Part shown: positions 9,081 through 20,175 of the stretch, piece by piece
Layout: each line of letters starts with the position of its first letter
Position numbering within the stretch: the first letter of the stretch is position 1
Assembly (NCBI GenBank): GCA_964634795.1
Contig: CAZWLL010000002.1
Span: forward strand, 5,836 to 69,835
Direction of reading: 5' to 3'
DNA: 64,000 nt
Source of the DNA: an uncultured Ruminococcus sp.
Lineage (GTDB): Bacteria > Bacillota > Clostridia > Oscillospirales > CAG-272
The notes under the pieces: model-generated
Databases searched by the model: none
What the model was told of the DNA's origin: nothing
What the model saw: the letters and a program-made list of their open reading frames with translations, nothing else
Program-made: the position numbers and the translations under genes

Positions 9081-9257
9081 TTTTGGCTCCTCCTGATTTA
9101 TGCGGTATTATTTATCGCTTTGAAGGTTTATTCCGATGCTTTTTTCACTCTATTACTAAGCCTAAAGAACGGAACTTGCACGTTTGCTGAATGGCAAGTT
9201 CAAGGAGGCGGCGGTTAGCTGCATTATCAAGCTTAAGATTATCCGCCGACATTATTT

Positions 9258-9509
9258 TTACTCAATAATTTCGTACATTGAGGAGGCGTCAGCTTTAAGC
9301 GCATGCTCTTTTACATCAAGTACACGCAGCTTGAGCGTTCTTCCGCCATATGACACCTCAATGATGTCACCCTCCTTAACATCATATGATGCTTTTGCAC
9401 ATTTATCATTTACCTTTACATGCTCCGTATCACAAGCCTCATTAGCTATTGTACGGCGTTTTATAACTCTTGATACTTTAAGAAATTTATCCAGTCTCAT
9501 ATCATTCAC
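9258..9509 (-). CDS. S4-domain RNA-binding protein (YabO/Hsp15-like)
   Basis: MRLDKFLKVSRVIKRRTIANE S4 motif. 4-nt overlap with the upstream mazG, as in Bacillus yabN-yabO synteny. Confidence 0.8.
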   Translation of the reverse strand: MNDMRLDKFLKVSRVIKRRTIANEACDTEHVKVNDKCAKASYDVKEGDIIEVSYGGRTLKLRVLDVKEHALKADASSMYEIIE

Positions 9510-10204
9510 CCTTGCTTGTAGTTGTTTACAAATTCATTTGTTTTATCGCCGAGATTCTTTTCACTGTCGGCATCCCCTGCAAGTACTACCGCATCAAATA
9601 TTATTTCGGTGAGGATTTTCTCCCTCTCGCTGCCTGCCGATGTTTTCAGCTTTTCAGCCAAAGAAACTATATTGTCCTCTGTTACATTAAAGTCGTATAA
9701 ATCCTTTTTTGCTTTTTTTACGATTTTACGAGTTCTCATAAGAGCGGGAAGCTGTTTCGGCACTGACTGCATAGATTCTTTTACCGTTTTTCTGTCTTTT
9801 TCCGCTTTTTTAATTTGTTCCCAATTGTTCAGTACATCATCTGAATTGTTGACGCTCACGTCACCGAAAACATGCGGATGCCTTGTTATCATCTTCTCGC
9901 AAACATCGTTTATTACATCTTCGACAGAGAAATTACCGGCTTCCTCTTCTATTCTGCTGTGAAACATTACCTGAAACATTACGTCTCCCAGTTCCTCACG
10001 AAGCAGTTTTTTGTCTGCGTTGTCGATGGCTTCTACAACCTCATATGTTTCTTCTATTATATCATTTCTTATCGACTCGTGTGTTTGCTCTATATCCCAC
10101 GGACATCCGCCTATACCGCGCAAAACCTCCGTCAGCATTCTCAGTGAATCGAAATCGTGTTTTTCTTCTGTGACAAGCTTTTTCTTTTTTTCTTCCGTAT
10201 TCAT
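9506..10204 (-). CDS. mazG: MazG-family nucleoside triphosphate pyrophosphohydrolase
   Basis: EExxE/ExxD metal motifs (IIEETYEVVEAID, ELGDVMFQV). Confidence 0.8.
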   Translation of the reverse strand: MNTEEKKKKLVTEEKHDFDSLRMLTEVLRGIGGCPWDIEQTHESIRNDIIEETYEVVEAIDNADKKLLREELGDVMFQVMFHSRIEEEAGNFSVEDVINDVCEKMITRHPHVFGDVSVNNSDDVLNNWEQIKKAEKDRKTVKESMQSVPKQLPALMRTRKIVKKAKKDLYDFNVTEDNIVSLAEKLKTSAGSEREKILTEIIFDAVVLAGDADSEKNLGDKTNEFVNNYKQG

Positions 10205-10239
10205 AACTTCTCCAAATGTTTAAGCCAAACCTAATAGTA

Positions 10240-11718
10240 TTACTTTTTAAAGAAAGCTTTTGCGGCATCACGCAGCTGACCGAGCTTATAATCCTCTTCG
10301 GCGCAATCCTTAAGATATTCATATGGATATTTCGGTCTGAAAAATCTTTCTATTCTTACATCCCCGTTCGCATCGGGAACGGATACAAGCTTTGTGACAG
10401 ATGACGCACCGGACGAGAAAATCGAATGCACCTCTTCCATCATATAAACATTATAGAGTCCTTCATGACCTATCTTTGAGTATCCGACGTTCTCGAGATT
10501 GCCGACCGTGTTCTTTTGTCTGTACATATAATACGGCAGATAATTATTTGCCGCCAACACGCTCTGTGAATAATTTACGCTTTCAGCCGCAATCACCGAT
10601 GAAGGATCGAACTTTCCTTCAATCTTGAATTCCGATGACTTTTTAACACTGAATGTATGTACGGTTATATTTTCGGGATCAAGCTTGATTACTCTGTCAA
10701 TGGAATTCATAAACGATTCCGTAGTATCGTACGGCAAACCCGCAATTAAATCCACATTAATATTTTTTATACCGCTGTTTTTCGCTATTTCATATGCGTG
10801 AAGGAACATATTCGAATCATGCGCGCGTCCTATTTTCTTCAGTACCTCATCGTTCATAGTCTGAGTATTTACACTCATCCTGTCAACGCCATGATTATAC
10901 GCAACCTTGAGCTTTTCAGCTGTAATCGTATCCGGTCGGCCTGCCTCAAGAGTAAATTCTTCTATTCCGCAAACGTTTTTATTTACACATGCCAGCAAGA
11001 AATCGAGTTGCTCTGCATTTAGAATCGTGGGTGTACCGCCGCCTATATAGACCGAGCGCACCTTCATCCCAAGCTCTCTTATTATATCGAATGTACCGTC
11101 GATATCTCTCGAAAGAGCTGTCAGATATTCCGGTATAAGCTTTAAAAGCTTCGGAGACGTATATGATACAAATGAACAATACGCGCATCTTGTCGGGCAG
11201 AACGGTATTCCTATATATACACTGCATTCTTTTCTGACTTCATCGGTAATAAGCCGTCTTTCCGCGGCGGAAACGTCTACCGCAAGCTTAGCCTTGTTCG
11301 GTGAAACCAAATAATCGCGCTCGATTTCACGCATTGCCTCTTCAGCACTTCTGTTGTTGTCCATAAGCTCGGTAGCAACCTTAGCGGGACGAACTCCCGT
11401 AAGAATACCCCACGGCGGATTAAAACCGGTAAACATGACACCTGCTTTTAGAAATGCCGAACCTGCCGCAATTTTAATTGTTTTTTCGTCGTCATGTAAA
11501 CCTCTATTTACGCACTCATGCGCTGTACATGACTTTTCCCCTTGGCTGATTGTAACGTCACTCGAAACATTATCATCGGTTTCATCAATGTTAATTACCG
11601 CTTTTAATGTGTCATATGTTTCCTCTTCGTCATCGGGAAACTTAACTCCCGGGAAAAATATCATCGAAAGCGTCTGTATATAGTATGGCTTTACATTACC
11701 GTTAATTTTTAATATCAT
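10240..11718 (-). CDS. hemZ: Radical-SAM coproporphyrinogen-dehydrogenase-like protein HemZ
   Basis: CPTRCAYCSF (CxxxCxxC) radical-SAM motif. The ~490-aa length with an N-terminal extension is typical of HemZ. Confidence 0.7.
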   Translation of the reverse strand: MILKINGNVKPYYIQTLSMIFFPGVKFPDDEEETYDTLKAVINIDETDDNVSSDVTISQGEKSCTAHECVNRGLHDDEKTIKIAAGSAFLKAGVMFTGFNPPWGILTGVRPAKVATELMDNNRSAEEAMREIERDYLVSPNKAKLAVDVSAAERRLITDEVRKECSVYIGIPFCPTRCAYCSFVSYTSPKLLKLIPEYLTALSRDIDGTFDIIRELGMKVRSVYIGGGTPTILNAEQLDFLLACVNKNVCGIEEFTLEAGRPDTITAEKLKVAYNHGVDRMSVNTQTMNDEVLKKIGRAHDSNMFLHAYEIAKNSGIKNINVDLIAGLPYDTTESFMNSIDRVIKLDPENITVHTFSVKKSSEFKIEGKFDPSSVIAAESVNYSQSVLAANNYLPYYMYRQKNTVGNLENVGYSKIGHEGLYNVYMMEEVHSIFSSGASSVTKLVSVPDANGDVRIERFFRPKYPYEYLKDCAEEDYKLGQLRDAAKAFFKK

Positions 11719-11730
11719 AATAAATGCCTG

Positions 11731-12192
11731 TTATTTTTTAGGTTGTTTTAATACGTCGGAATACATCGGAATGGTAATGGGTCCGTCAAGTGTTGTCGAG
11801 ATTATCATGTGAGCCCCGAAAATACCGCTTGAAACCTTATCACTGTGTTCTGCGAGTCTGGCAACAAATTTATCAAAAAGCGGCTTTGCAACATCGGGAG
11901 ACGCGGAGTTCATATAATCGGGACGATTTCCTCTTCTGTATGAACCGTAAAGAGTAAAATTCGGAACAACCATAAATCCGCCTCCGACGTCCGCCGCGGA
12001 AAGATTCATTTTACCGTTCTCATCACAAAATACTCTCAGCTTGGCAATTTTATCTGCAAGGAGATTTACATCCTCCTCTGTATCGGTATGCGTAACTCCG
12101 ACAAGTACATATAATCCTATCCCGCACTCGGCAACGCATTCACCGTCAACTGTGACTGTGCCGTTTGATATTCTTTGAATTACAGCAATCAT
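11731..12192 (-). CDS. dtd: D-aminoacyl-tRNA deacylase
   Basis: MIAVIQRI...GLYVLVGVTHTD and the C-terminal GPITI motif. Confidence 0.9.
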   Translation of the reverse strand: MIAVIQRISNGTVTVDGECVAECGIGLYVLVGVTHTDTEEDVNLLADKIAKLRVFCDENGKMNLSAADVGGGFMVVPNFTLYGSYRRGNRPDYMNSASPDVAKPLFDKFVARLAEHSDKVSSGIFGAHMIISTTLDGPITIPMYSDVLKQPKK

Positions 12193-12278
12193 TTGACCTC
12201 CGAATAATATTTAATCAGCAAACCGAAACATCGGTCGGAATTATTATTTATTCTTTCATTTTTCGTAAAATCTTCAAA

Positions 12279-14534
12279 TTATGAAAATCCGCGCTGAATT
12301 GAATGAATGTGATTTATGCTTTTCAGACGCGACATTATCGAATTGAAATGGTCGATATTCTTGCATCCCACTGTCAGATTAATTATTATATCATTTTCGG
12401 TACGGCGTTTTGTGTTTATAGAAAGAAGAGAAACCTTCATATCCGCCAAAGCAGTCGTAATGTTAGCAAGAAGCATAATATCGTTTTCGGCAAATATCTG
12501 AAGCATAACCTCATACAGTGATTTTTGATCCGAATACGGAGATTCGATATCCCATTCGGTATTAACCCACCGATCCTTCATGTCAGGATTCTGCATACCC
12601 GATATTACATTCGGACAATCGCGTTTATGAATGGAAATACCGTAGCCTTTTGTAATAAATCCTATTATTGAGTCTCCGGGAAGCGGATTGCAGCATTTTG
12701 CGTATTTTACATCACATCCGTATTCGCCGTCGACTATAATTCCGCCTGTAGATTTAATCCTCTTAGGCTTTTGAGTTTGAACCTGATCTGTGTCTGTTAT
12801 AAGTGCGGTTTGTTCATCGGGTTTTACGACGCGCTCATATTCACGCTTTAGCATCGTAGCAACCTTTGACATTGCAATACCGTTATAACCGAGGGTGTTA
12901 TATAAATCCTCGATTTCATTCATACCGAGCTTATGCGCGGTTGAAGAGAGTATTTCGTTTTTCTGAGCGTCATTCGGTTTAATCTTGAACTTGGAAATTT
13001 CTCTTTCTATTTCCGCACTGCCTATTCGTATGTTCTCGGGACGCTGTTCTTTTTTGAACCATTGTCTTATTTTGGCACGTGCTTCACTGGTTTTTACTAT
13101 TTTCAGCCAGTCACGGCTCGGTCCTTTTGCCGCAGACGATGTTATAACTTCTACTATGTCACCTGTCTCGGGTGTTTTGTCTATCGGCGAAATCATTCCG
13201 TTAATTTTCGCACCGATCATTTTATTTCCGACAGCAGAGTGTATAGCATATGCAAAGTCTATCAGAGTAGCTCCCTGCGGAAGTGCTATGACATCTCCCT
13301 TAGGCGTAAACACAAAGGTTTCGTCACTGAAAATATCGATTTTCAGCGCGTGCATAAAGTCTTCACTGTCAATTGCACCGTCTTCGGTATCAATGAGCTT
13401 TGATATCCATGCAAGCTTCTTATCGATATCATCGTTGCTCTTATCGCCTGATTTATATTTCCAATGAGCTGCTATACCGTATTCGGCTACATGGTGCATT
13501 TCACGTGTTCTTATCTGCACTTCAAACGGAATACCGTCTCTGCCAATAACGGTTGTGTGCAGAGACTGATACATGTTCGGCTTAGGTGTGGAAATATAAT
13601 CTTTGAATCTTCCGGGAATACTCTTAAACAATTCGTGTATTATTCCGAGAGATGTATAGCACTCGATTTCGGTATCGACGATTATTCTTATGGCATAAAA
13701 ATCGTATATTTCATCGAAGCTTTTATTTTGCTTAAACATTTTGCGATAAATCGAATATACGGTTTTAACTCTTCCCTCAAGAGTGAAGTGTATATTGTAC
13801 TCCTCAAGCTTTTCGGAAACATACGCACGTGTATTCTCGATAAAATTCTGGTTTTGTCCGTATTTTTTCTCAATATCGTTAGAAACCTCTGCGTATCCGA
13901 TAGGATCAAGATACTGCAGTGCAAGATTTTCAAGCTCCTGCTTCATTCTCTGCATACCGAGTCTGTGAGCAAGCGGTGCATAGACATGCATAGTCTCAAG
14001 TGCGGTAGCTCTTCTTTTTGCTTCGCTTTTAACTCCGAGTGTGCGCATGTTATGAAGTCTGTCACACAGCTTAATGAAAATGACACGAATATCCTTCGAC
14101 ATTGCGAGAAGCATCTTACGGATATTTTCCATGTTCGCTTCTTCTTTATCTTCTACATTTATCACTTTCATTTTGGTGAGGCCGTCAACAAGCATAGCAA
14201 CATCGTCGCCGAAGCGCTGTCTTATCATCTCTATGTTGGTCTTATCGGGACAGTCCTCTACCGTATCATGCAGAAAAGCCGCACATATTGAATCAGTATC
14301 CAAACCCAGCGAGGTAACGATTTCCGCAACCGCAACTGGGTGAGAAATATACGGCTCTCCGCTTACACGGAACTGACCTTCATGCAAAGTCTTTGCGTAA
14401 AGATATGCACGTTCGATTTTCTCGACATCATAGTGCTTCTCGCTGCTTTTTATTACAGCCATTAATTTTTCTATTCCGACTGAACCGTATCTTGCGGTCT
14501 GTTCGTTATCTTTTATTTCATTTATATCTGACAT
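12279..14534 (-). CDS. relA: Bifunctional (p)ppGpp synthetase/hydrolase RelA/SpoT
   Basis: HD hydrolase motif (AAFLHDTVED), synthetase core (YQSLHTTV), and TGS and ACT regions. 751 aa. Confidence 0.95.
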   Translation of the reverse strand: MSDINEIKDNEQTARYGSVGIEKLMAVIKSSEKHYDVEKIERAYLYAKTLHEGQFRVSGEPYISHPVAVAEIVTSLGLDTDSICAAFLHDTVEDCPDKTNIEMIRQRFGDDVAMLVDGLTKMKVINVEDKEEANMENIRKMLLAMSKDIRVIFIKLCDRLHNMRTLGVKSEAKRRATALETMHVYAPLAHRLGMQRMKQELENLALQYLDPIGYAEVSNDIEKKYGQNQNFIENTRAYVSEKLEEYNIHFTLEGRVKTVYSIYRKMFKQNKSFDEIYDFYAIRIIVDTEIECYTSLGIIHELFKSIPGRFKDYISTPKPNMYQSLHTTVIGRDGIPFEVQIRTREMHHVAEYGIAAHWKYKSGDKSNDDIDKKLAWISKLIDTEDGAIDSEDFMHALKIDIFSDETFVFTPKGDVIALPQGATLIDFAYAIHSAVGNKMIGAKINGMISPIDKTPETGDIVEVITSSAAKGPSRDWLKIVKTSEARAKIRQWFKKEQRPENIRIGSAEIEREISKFKIKPNDAQKNEILSSTAHKLGMNEIEDLYNTLGYNGIAMSKVATMLKREYERVVKPDEQTALITDTDQVQTQKPKRIKSTGGIIVDGEYGCDVKYAKCCNPLPGDSIIGFITKGYGISIHKRDCPNVISGMQNPDMKDRWVNTEWDIESPYSDQKSLYEVMLQIFAENDIMLLANITTALADMKVSLLSINTKRRTENDIIINLTVGCKNIDHFNSIMSRLKSINHIHSIQRGFS

Positions 14535-14555
14535 ATTTACTTTACCGTTAATTTT

Positions 14556-16739
14556 TTATTCTGCTGTTTCAAAATCGGCTTTCAGTTTTCTCAATATTTC
14601 GGAGTTATCAAGATTGGTTTTGGTCTTTGTCTTTACAACCTTAAACGCATAAATTTCATGCTCCTCATCAAGTTCTTTTACTTCAAGGAGATTCAGTTCA
14701 TTAAACACAAGCATAATAAATCTCAGTTTTACATATCCGATTTTGTCTCCTATGGAGCTGAGAAGATTGAGCAGTGCTCTTATCGAAAATACCTCGTGTT
14801 CGATTTTAGCCTCACGGCGTATTGCGTTGTATACTGCTGCAAAATCAGCGTGAGTCGGTACTACATCTGAGGATTTTATCTTTTTTGCTTCTTCTTTACC
14901 GATTCCGTTTCTTATTTTCTTGAACAGCTCTCTTTCATTCATTTCATACGAAAACTCAATCTCGGAAAGCCGTATATCCTTTATTATCATCTGAAGCGAC
15001 TTCTGATTCTGGAATTCATTTATATCAAGCGAAAACATAACATCGACCACATCTCCGGGAAAAAGACCGATGTCATCGAGATTATGACGGAAAAACATCG
15101 CGTTAACGACTCTATTTCCGATTTTCAGCATAATTCTCGTATGCTTTCCGCCTCCGACAAGAGATATTTCCGTAATTGTCAATCGATACATCACAAATAT
15201 CGGAACGGGATTCGATACACCGTATGGTTCGAGATAATTCAGTTCTGCTGCTTGTTCCATTGTAATGTCACTGTCTTCAAGCTCGCACTCCGCTTCAACA
15301 GTCGGCATATGTTCCGCTTCTTTAAAGCTGTCTCTCGCACAATAGTTTAGTTTTCTCTTGAATTCGGAAAGATTGCTTCTTTTAATTGTGAGTCCCGCCG
15401 CAAGCTCATGTCCTCCGAACTTCACAAGCAAATCCGAACATGTCGAAAGCGCTTCTACAAGGTTCAAACCTTTTACGCTTCTTCCAGAGCCTTTGCCGAA
15501 ATCATCATCACTTTTTTCTTCTCCGTTGCCCTCAAAAGATATAAGTATGGACGGACGTGAGTATTTTTCCGTTATTCTTGACGCAACAATCCCGATAATT
15601 CCGTGGTGCCAATTTTCATCCTCCAAAACTATTATCGGATCTTTCTTAAAATCATGATCCGCATCGATTCTGGCATAAGCCTGATCGACAATCTTATTCT
15701 CCTCATTCTGTCTTTCACGATTTATGTCGCACAGCTTTTTGGCAATCGGAGCTGCGGTTTCACAATCCTCAGCTAAAAACAGCTTTACCGCAATTGAGGC
15801 ATCGCTGATTCTTCCTGCTGCGTTTATTCTCGGAGCGATAGTATATCCTATGTAAGATGTCGTTATTTTACGCTTTGTCTGATATTTAGAGTCACCTTTT
15901 GTCGCTTCTATGAGTTCAATTAATCCGGGTCTTGATGTATTTTCTATAAGTGACAGACCGTAGCTGACAATCAAACGGTTTTCGTCATTTATAGGCATAA
16001 CATCCGCTATTGTACCTATAGCAACGAGATCACCGTATTCGTTCGATATTCGACGTACACAATCTATCATTTCGTCTTCGGGATTTAATACCGATTCGAC
16101 AGCGCACATAAGCTTGAATACTACACCGACTCCCGCCAAATCCTTAAACGGATACGGACAATCGGGTCTGTGGGGATTGACTACAGCCTCGGCACTCGGT
16201 AAGTCTCCATGACATTCATGATGATCTGTAATAATAAGATCCATTCCGAGTTCACGAGCAAGTTTAGCCTCTTCAACTGCGGTTATACCCGTATCCACGG
16301 TTATAATAAGATTACAGCCGTCATCATGCAGCTTTTTTACAGAGGATGACGACATTCCGTATCCCTCACCTGCACGGCAAGGTATGTAATATGAGACATT
16401 AGCACCGTTTTTTTTCAGATATAAATATAAACTGCTGACCGATGTTACTCCGTCGACATCGTAGTCACCGTATATTACAATATTATCTCCGTTTTCGATT
16501 CCTTCGATAATTCTGTATGCGGCATTGTCCATGTCAAGCATCATAAAAGGATCGTGCAGCTGTTCTTCTCCTTTAGCAAGGTACAGTTTTGCATCAGACG
16601 GCGTTTTGCAGCCTCTGTTCACCAAAAGCTGTGCCGTCGGAAGCTTAATTCCGAGTTTTTTCGATATTTCATCTGCTATAGGGCTGTTCTTCATTTTATC
16701 ATGTGTCACTTGAACAAGCCATTTATTTCTGTATTGCAT
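14556..16739 (-). CDS. recJ: Single-stranded-DNA-specific exonuclease RecJ
   Basis: DHH motifs (YGDYDVDG, TVDTG, ITDHHE) and a DHHA1 region. Confidence 0.9.
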   Translation of the reverse strand: MQYRNKWLVQVTHDKMKNSPIADEISKKLGIKLPTAQLLVNRGCKTPSDAKLYLAKGEEQLHDPFMMLDMDNAAYRIIEGIENGDNIVIYGDYDVDGVTSVSSLYLYLKKNGANVSYYIPCRAGEGYGMSSSSVKKLHDDGCNLIITVDTGITAVEEAKLARELGMDLIITDHHECHGDLPSAEAVVNPHRPDCPYPFKDLAGVGVVFKLMCAVESVLNPEDEMIDCVRRISNEYGDLVAIGTIADVMPINDENRLIVSYGLSLIENTSRPGLIELIEATKGDSKYQTKRKITTSYIGYTIAPRINAAGRISDASIAVKLFLAEDCETAAPIAKKLCDINRERQNEENKIVDQAYARIDADHDFKKDPIIVLEDENWHHGIIGIVASRITEKYSRPSILISFEGNGEEKSDDDFGKGSGRSVKGLNLVEALSTCSDLLVKFGGHELAAGLTIKRSNLSEFKRKLNYCARDSFKEAEHMPTVEAECELEDSDITMEQAAELNYLEPYGVSNPVPIFVMYRLTITEISLVGGGKHTRIMLKIGNRVVNAMFFRHNLDDIGLFPGDVVDVMFSLDINEFQNQKSLQMIIKDIRLSEIEFSYEMNERELFKKIRNGIGKEEAKKIKSSDVVPTHADFAAVYNAIRREAKIEHEVFSIRALLNLLSSIGDKIGYVKLRFIMLVFNELNLLEVKELDEEHEIYAFKVVKTKTKTNLDNSEILRKLKADFETAE

Positions 16740-16766
16740 CAGTATTTCTCTCTCAATAATATTATA

Positions 16767-17231
16767 TTATATATTTTTCTCACTGTCGTCTTTTACGATA
16801 ATTTCCGCTATTCGTATATCTCCGTGCTTGTTTTTTCGTTTTCTGTCGAAAACCATAATTCCGAGAAACGTTAAAACAAAACCGACAGCCGCACATATAA
16901 CACCGGTTAATTCGTTGGCTGATAATCGATAAGCAATCAAATAAAAAAGCATGCATATTGCTATCGGAACTACAAAAACAAGTGCGGCATAGAATAAAAT
17001 AGTCTTACTGTCACTTTCGAGCTCAACCGTGTCACCTATTTTCGCGCCGAGCTTGTTTTCGGCTTCAGCTCTCATAACGCCTTTATCCGCAACCAAACCT
17101 GTTATTTCGCAGTGTCCGCCGCATCCGCCGTTTTTCACGCATCCGTCGCACATGGTACGTCGGCTTGATTCGACTATCGCGTAATCACCCTTTACATCTA
17201 TGACAACAGCTCTTTGTCGCATTACAGTCAT
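16767..17231 (-). CDS. RseC/MucC (SoxR-reducing system) family membrane protein
   Basis: N-terminal VVIDVKGDYAIVE...CDGC...CGGHC pattern followed by two TM helices. Confidence 0.65.
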   Translation of the reverse strand: MTVMRQRAVVIDVKGDYAIVESSRRTMCDGCVKNGGCGGHCEITGLVADKGVMRAEAENKLGAKIGDTVELESDSKTILFYAALVFVVPIAICMLFYLIAYRLSANELTGVICAAVGFVLTFLGIMVFDRKRKNKHGDIRIAEIIVKDDSEKNI

Positions 17232-17243
17232 ACCTTCTTATTC

Positions 17244-18824
17244 TCAATATGGTTTATATCTCGTTATTATTTTCGATGCCACGCGCAATCCGTCAACAGC
17301 GGCGCTTACTATGCCGCCCGCATATCCCGCGCCCTCTCCGCAAGGGTATATCCCATCGTGCCCTATCGCACACAGATTTTCCCCTCGCAATATTCTGATC
17401 GGTGAAGAGGTTCTTGTTTCAACTCCCGTGAGGGGAGCGTCCGGTGTATCATAACCTTTAATTTTTTTGCCGAAATTTAAAAGTCCCGATTTTAACATTC
17501 CGGTGACAAACGGAGGGAACAGTTTCGAAAAATCCGCACATTTAACTCCCGCATTACGATATGACGGAATTATTCTCGAATATTCGGTACCGTGCTTATC
17601 GTTAAGAAAGTCTCCTACAGTCTGCATCGGCGCACAATAATTTTTTCCGCCTGCATTATATGCCGCTCTCTCGAGATTCCTCTGGAATTCTATAGCACCT
17701 ATCGGATTGCTTCCGTAATCATCAGGCAGTACCGAGACGCAGACCGCGGCATTTGCGTTATTTCCGTCTCTGGAATGTCTGCTCATTCCGTTAGTAACAA
17801 CTCCGCCTTCTTCGCTTGCGGAAGGAACAACCTCGCCTCCCGGGCACATGCAGAATGTGTAGCATCCACGCTCTCCGTTACGCCATGACAATTGATATTC
17901 CGCGTGTCCGAGCTGTTTGTCACCCGCATGAGAGCCGTACATTGCGATATCTATATCCTTCTGCAAATGCTCTATACGGACTCCGACGGAAAACGGTTTG
18001 GGTTCTACACAAAAACCTTCTTTAATAAGATCGCCGTAAGTATCTCTCGCACTGTGTCCGCAAGCGAGAATTACAACACCGCATGGTACTTTTTCACCGT
18101 TAATCTCAACAGAACGCGGTGTAATGTTCTCCGCTTTCGATTTATATCTTATTTCCCCGCCGAGTCTTGTTATTTCTCGATCTGCGTTTTCCACTACTTT
18201 TCTCAGAATATCGGTGCCTATATGCGGTTTCGCCTTATACATGATATCATCGGGAGCTCCGAGCTTATGCAAAACCTCGGTAACATATACAATATGCGGG
18301 TCGTTTATCCTCGTTGTCAGCTTTCCGTCCGAAAATGTTCCCGCTCCGCCGGCACCGAATTGTATGTTTGTAGAAGTATCAAGTATTCCATCCCTGATAA
18401 AACGTTCTACCGCTTCAACTCTTTCTCCGACAGAAGCACCTCTCTCGACAATCAAAGGCTTATATCCGTATTGTGCCAACAAATATCCCGCGAAAATGCC
18501 CGCAGGTCCGAATCCTACGATGACGGGGCGTTCAGACAACTGCTCATTTCCCGGTTCAAGAACGAAGTCGGGTGCCGAATATTCCTTAATATCGGAAAGC
18601 TCTATTTTTTTATCGGTTTCTACTTCCGCATAAACACTGTAGACAAAAGTAATTTCTCGTCTGGCATCAATTGATTTCTTCGATATCCTTAAATTTTTCG
18701 GTACACAGCCTGTTTCTTTTTTTATCTTCTCGGATGCTTTATACACAGCCTCTTCGTCATAATCGGCTGATTTGTTGTACTGTACTTTGATGCCGTTGAC
18801 AAGTATTTTCTTAATTTCCTTCAT
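17244..18824 (-). CDS. FAD-dependent oxidoreductase (COG2509-like)
   Basis: Dinucleotide fold VIVGFGPAGIFAG...ERG. ~526 aa, typical of this clostridial family. Confidence 0.65.
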   Translation of the reverse strand: MKEIKKILVNGIKVQYNKSADYDEEAVYKASEKIKKETGCVPKNLRISKKSIDARREITFVYSVYAEVETDKKIELSDIKEYSAPDFVLEPGNEQLSERPVIVGFGPAGIFAGYLLAQYGYKPLIVERGASVGERVEAVERFIRDGILDTSTNIQFGAGGAGTFSDGKLTTRINDPHIVYVTEVLHKLGAPDDIMYKAKPHIGTDILRKVVENADREITRLGGEIRYKSKAENITPRSVEINGEKVPCGVVILACGHSARDTYGDLIKEGFCVEPKPFSVGVRIEHLQKDIDIAMYGSHAGDKQLGHAEYQLSWRNGERGCYTFCMCPGGEVVPSASEEGGVVTNGMSRHSRDGNNANAAVCVSVLPDDYGSNPIGAIEFQRNLERAAYNAGGKNYCAPMQTVGDFLNDKHGTEYSRIIPSYRNAGVKCADFSKLFPPFVTGMLKSGLLNFGKKIKGYDTPDAPLTGVETRTSSPIRILRGENLCAIGHDGIYPCGEGAGYAGGIVSAAVDGLRVASKIITRYKPY

Positions 18825-18836
18825 TAATTTGAGTCC

Positions 18837-20144
18837 TTACTTCGTAAATGTAACCGTTATTTCGTAATATCCTATTGCCAAGAGTTCATCCTTATAATCG
18901 GAATCGATTATTACCTCCGCTCTCACCTCAGTTGTTCCTGTGTTTGTTTCAGAGTACGGACTCATATCAAAACATAGTGTAATGTCGTCTGCACTCAGTG
19001 AGGATACGGCATCGAGACTTCCGATTATTTTTACCGTAACGGATGAATGATCCCACGTATAGCTTACGCCCTCATTTCCGCCTGTGTCGACAATATTTTT
19101 TCCGGGGACCGTAATCTTACGCATTTTTATTGATGATGACGGAATTGATTCTACATCGACTGTATCGGTATCCAGCTCTACACCTGCCGCTGCTTTAAGC
19201 GCGACTTTTTTAGTACATTTTAATTCATCGCTTCCCGCTGATATATAGTCGTTCACCTCATCGATTTCGATTTTCTCGATTAAATTGCCCGCATCTATAA
19301 CATCGGGGTCTCCGGTTACACGAACTGTCGACGGAGTAACGGTGGTATTTGTATTTTCGTCGTTGAAGAAACCGTTTTTATATACTACCTCAATCGGAAC
19401 CTCAACTGATTTCAAAATCGGAATATCTATTGTAATCTCCTGAGGATAATACTTTATATACGGGCTGTCTATTTCATTGCCGTATTCATCAACCAAATAA
19501 ACCTGTCTGGTAACGGATACCGACTTTGTTATTCCCGTCATATCATTATCAAATCTTGCCTCGGCAACACGAGAGACTATTTTTTCGGGTCCTTCGATAT
19601 TTATCATATCAACAGGCAGCTCAATAGCTCCGACATAGCATCCGTCGGCAAGGCTTGTGTTGTCACGCTTTTCGGTAAGCTTGACAGATGCGGTGGATAC
19701 CTGATCAACGTATACGGATATTGACTCCTGCGATAAGCTTATAAGCTTACAGCCTGCGGGGACGTCAACACTCAACTTGCAGTCATATCGTCCGCTGCCG
19801 CCTGTTATCTTTCCAACGTCAGCAGTTACTACAATGTCATCATCGCTGAGCTTTGAAACTATGCTTTTTTTACCCGAAACCGTTACTCCGACCATATTTC
19901 CGTAGCCGCTGTACAGCATTAGTCCGCTGTCCGATACAAGCACATCGGTATTTATAAGTTCTACGGTAACATTTGAGAAGGTCTGTTCATACTCGGGACT
20001 CTCAACGGTCATAACGTATATCCATAGGCAAAATGCGGCAAAAACACACAATATCTTAACGGCAATATCTGTATGTATATTTTTTACCTCAGTATCGCCT
20101 TCACTGCTTTTATTATTTGTATTTTTTATTTTGAGATGAGCCAT
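18837..20144 (-). CDS. cdaR: YbbR-domain protein CdaR (regulator of diadenylate cyclase)
   Basis: N-terminal TM plus repeated YbbR-like beta modules, immediately downstream of cdaA. Confidence 0.75.
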   Translation of the reverse strand: MAHLKIKNTNNKSSEGDTEVKNIHTDIAVKILCVFAAFCLWIYVMTVESPEYEQTFSNVTVELINTDVLVSDSGLMLYSGYGNMVGVTVSGKKSIVSKLSDDDIVVTADVGKITGGSGRYDCKLSVDVPAGCKLISLSQESISVYVDQVSTASVKLTEKRDNTSLADGCYVGAIELPVDMINIEGPEKIVSRVAEARFDNDMTGITKSVSVTRQVYLVDEYGNEIDSPYIKYYPQEITIDIPILKSVEVPIEVVYKNGFFNDENTNTTVTPSTVRVTGDPDVIDAGNLIEKIEIDEVNDYISAGSDELKCTKKVALKAAAGVELDTDTVDVESIPSSSIKMRKITVPGKNIVDTGGNEGVSYTWDHSSVTVKIIGSLDAVSSLSADDITLCFDMSPYSETNTGTTEVRAEVIIDSDYKDELLAIGYYEITVTFTK

Positions 20145-20175
20145 AATTATATCTATCTCCGATTATATTATGTAA

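Noticed and set aside
13464-14291. 275-aa ORF antisense to relA (with similar shorter antisense ORFs at 12985-13467 and 14074-14343).
   Set aside because: It is embedded opposite a strongly conserved gene, has a low-complexity F/I/L/S-rich translation and no RBS. This is a typical shadow ORF of AT-rich coding sequence.
17892-18674. 260-aa ORF antisense to the FAD oxidoreductase gene. Comparable antisense ORFs lie at 1961-2548, 23248-23913, 28951-29625, 44585-45160, 50316-50882 and 53213-53881.
   Set aside because: All lie opposite confidently assigned genes and have no recognisable motifs or translation signals, so I treat them as spurious.
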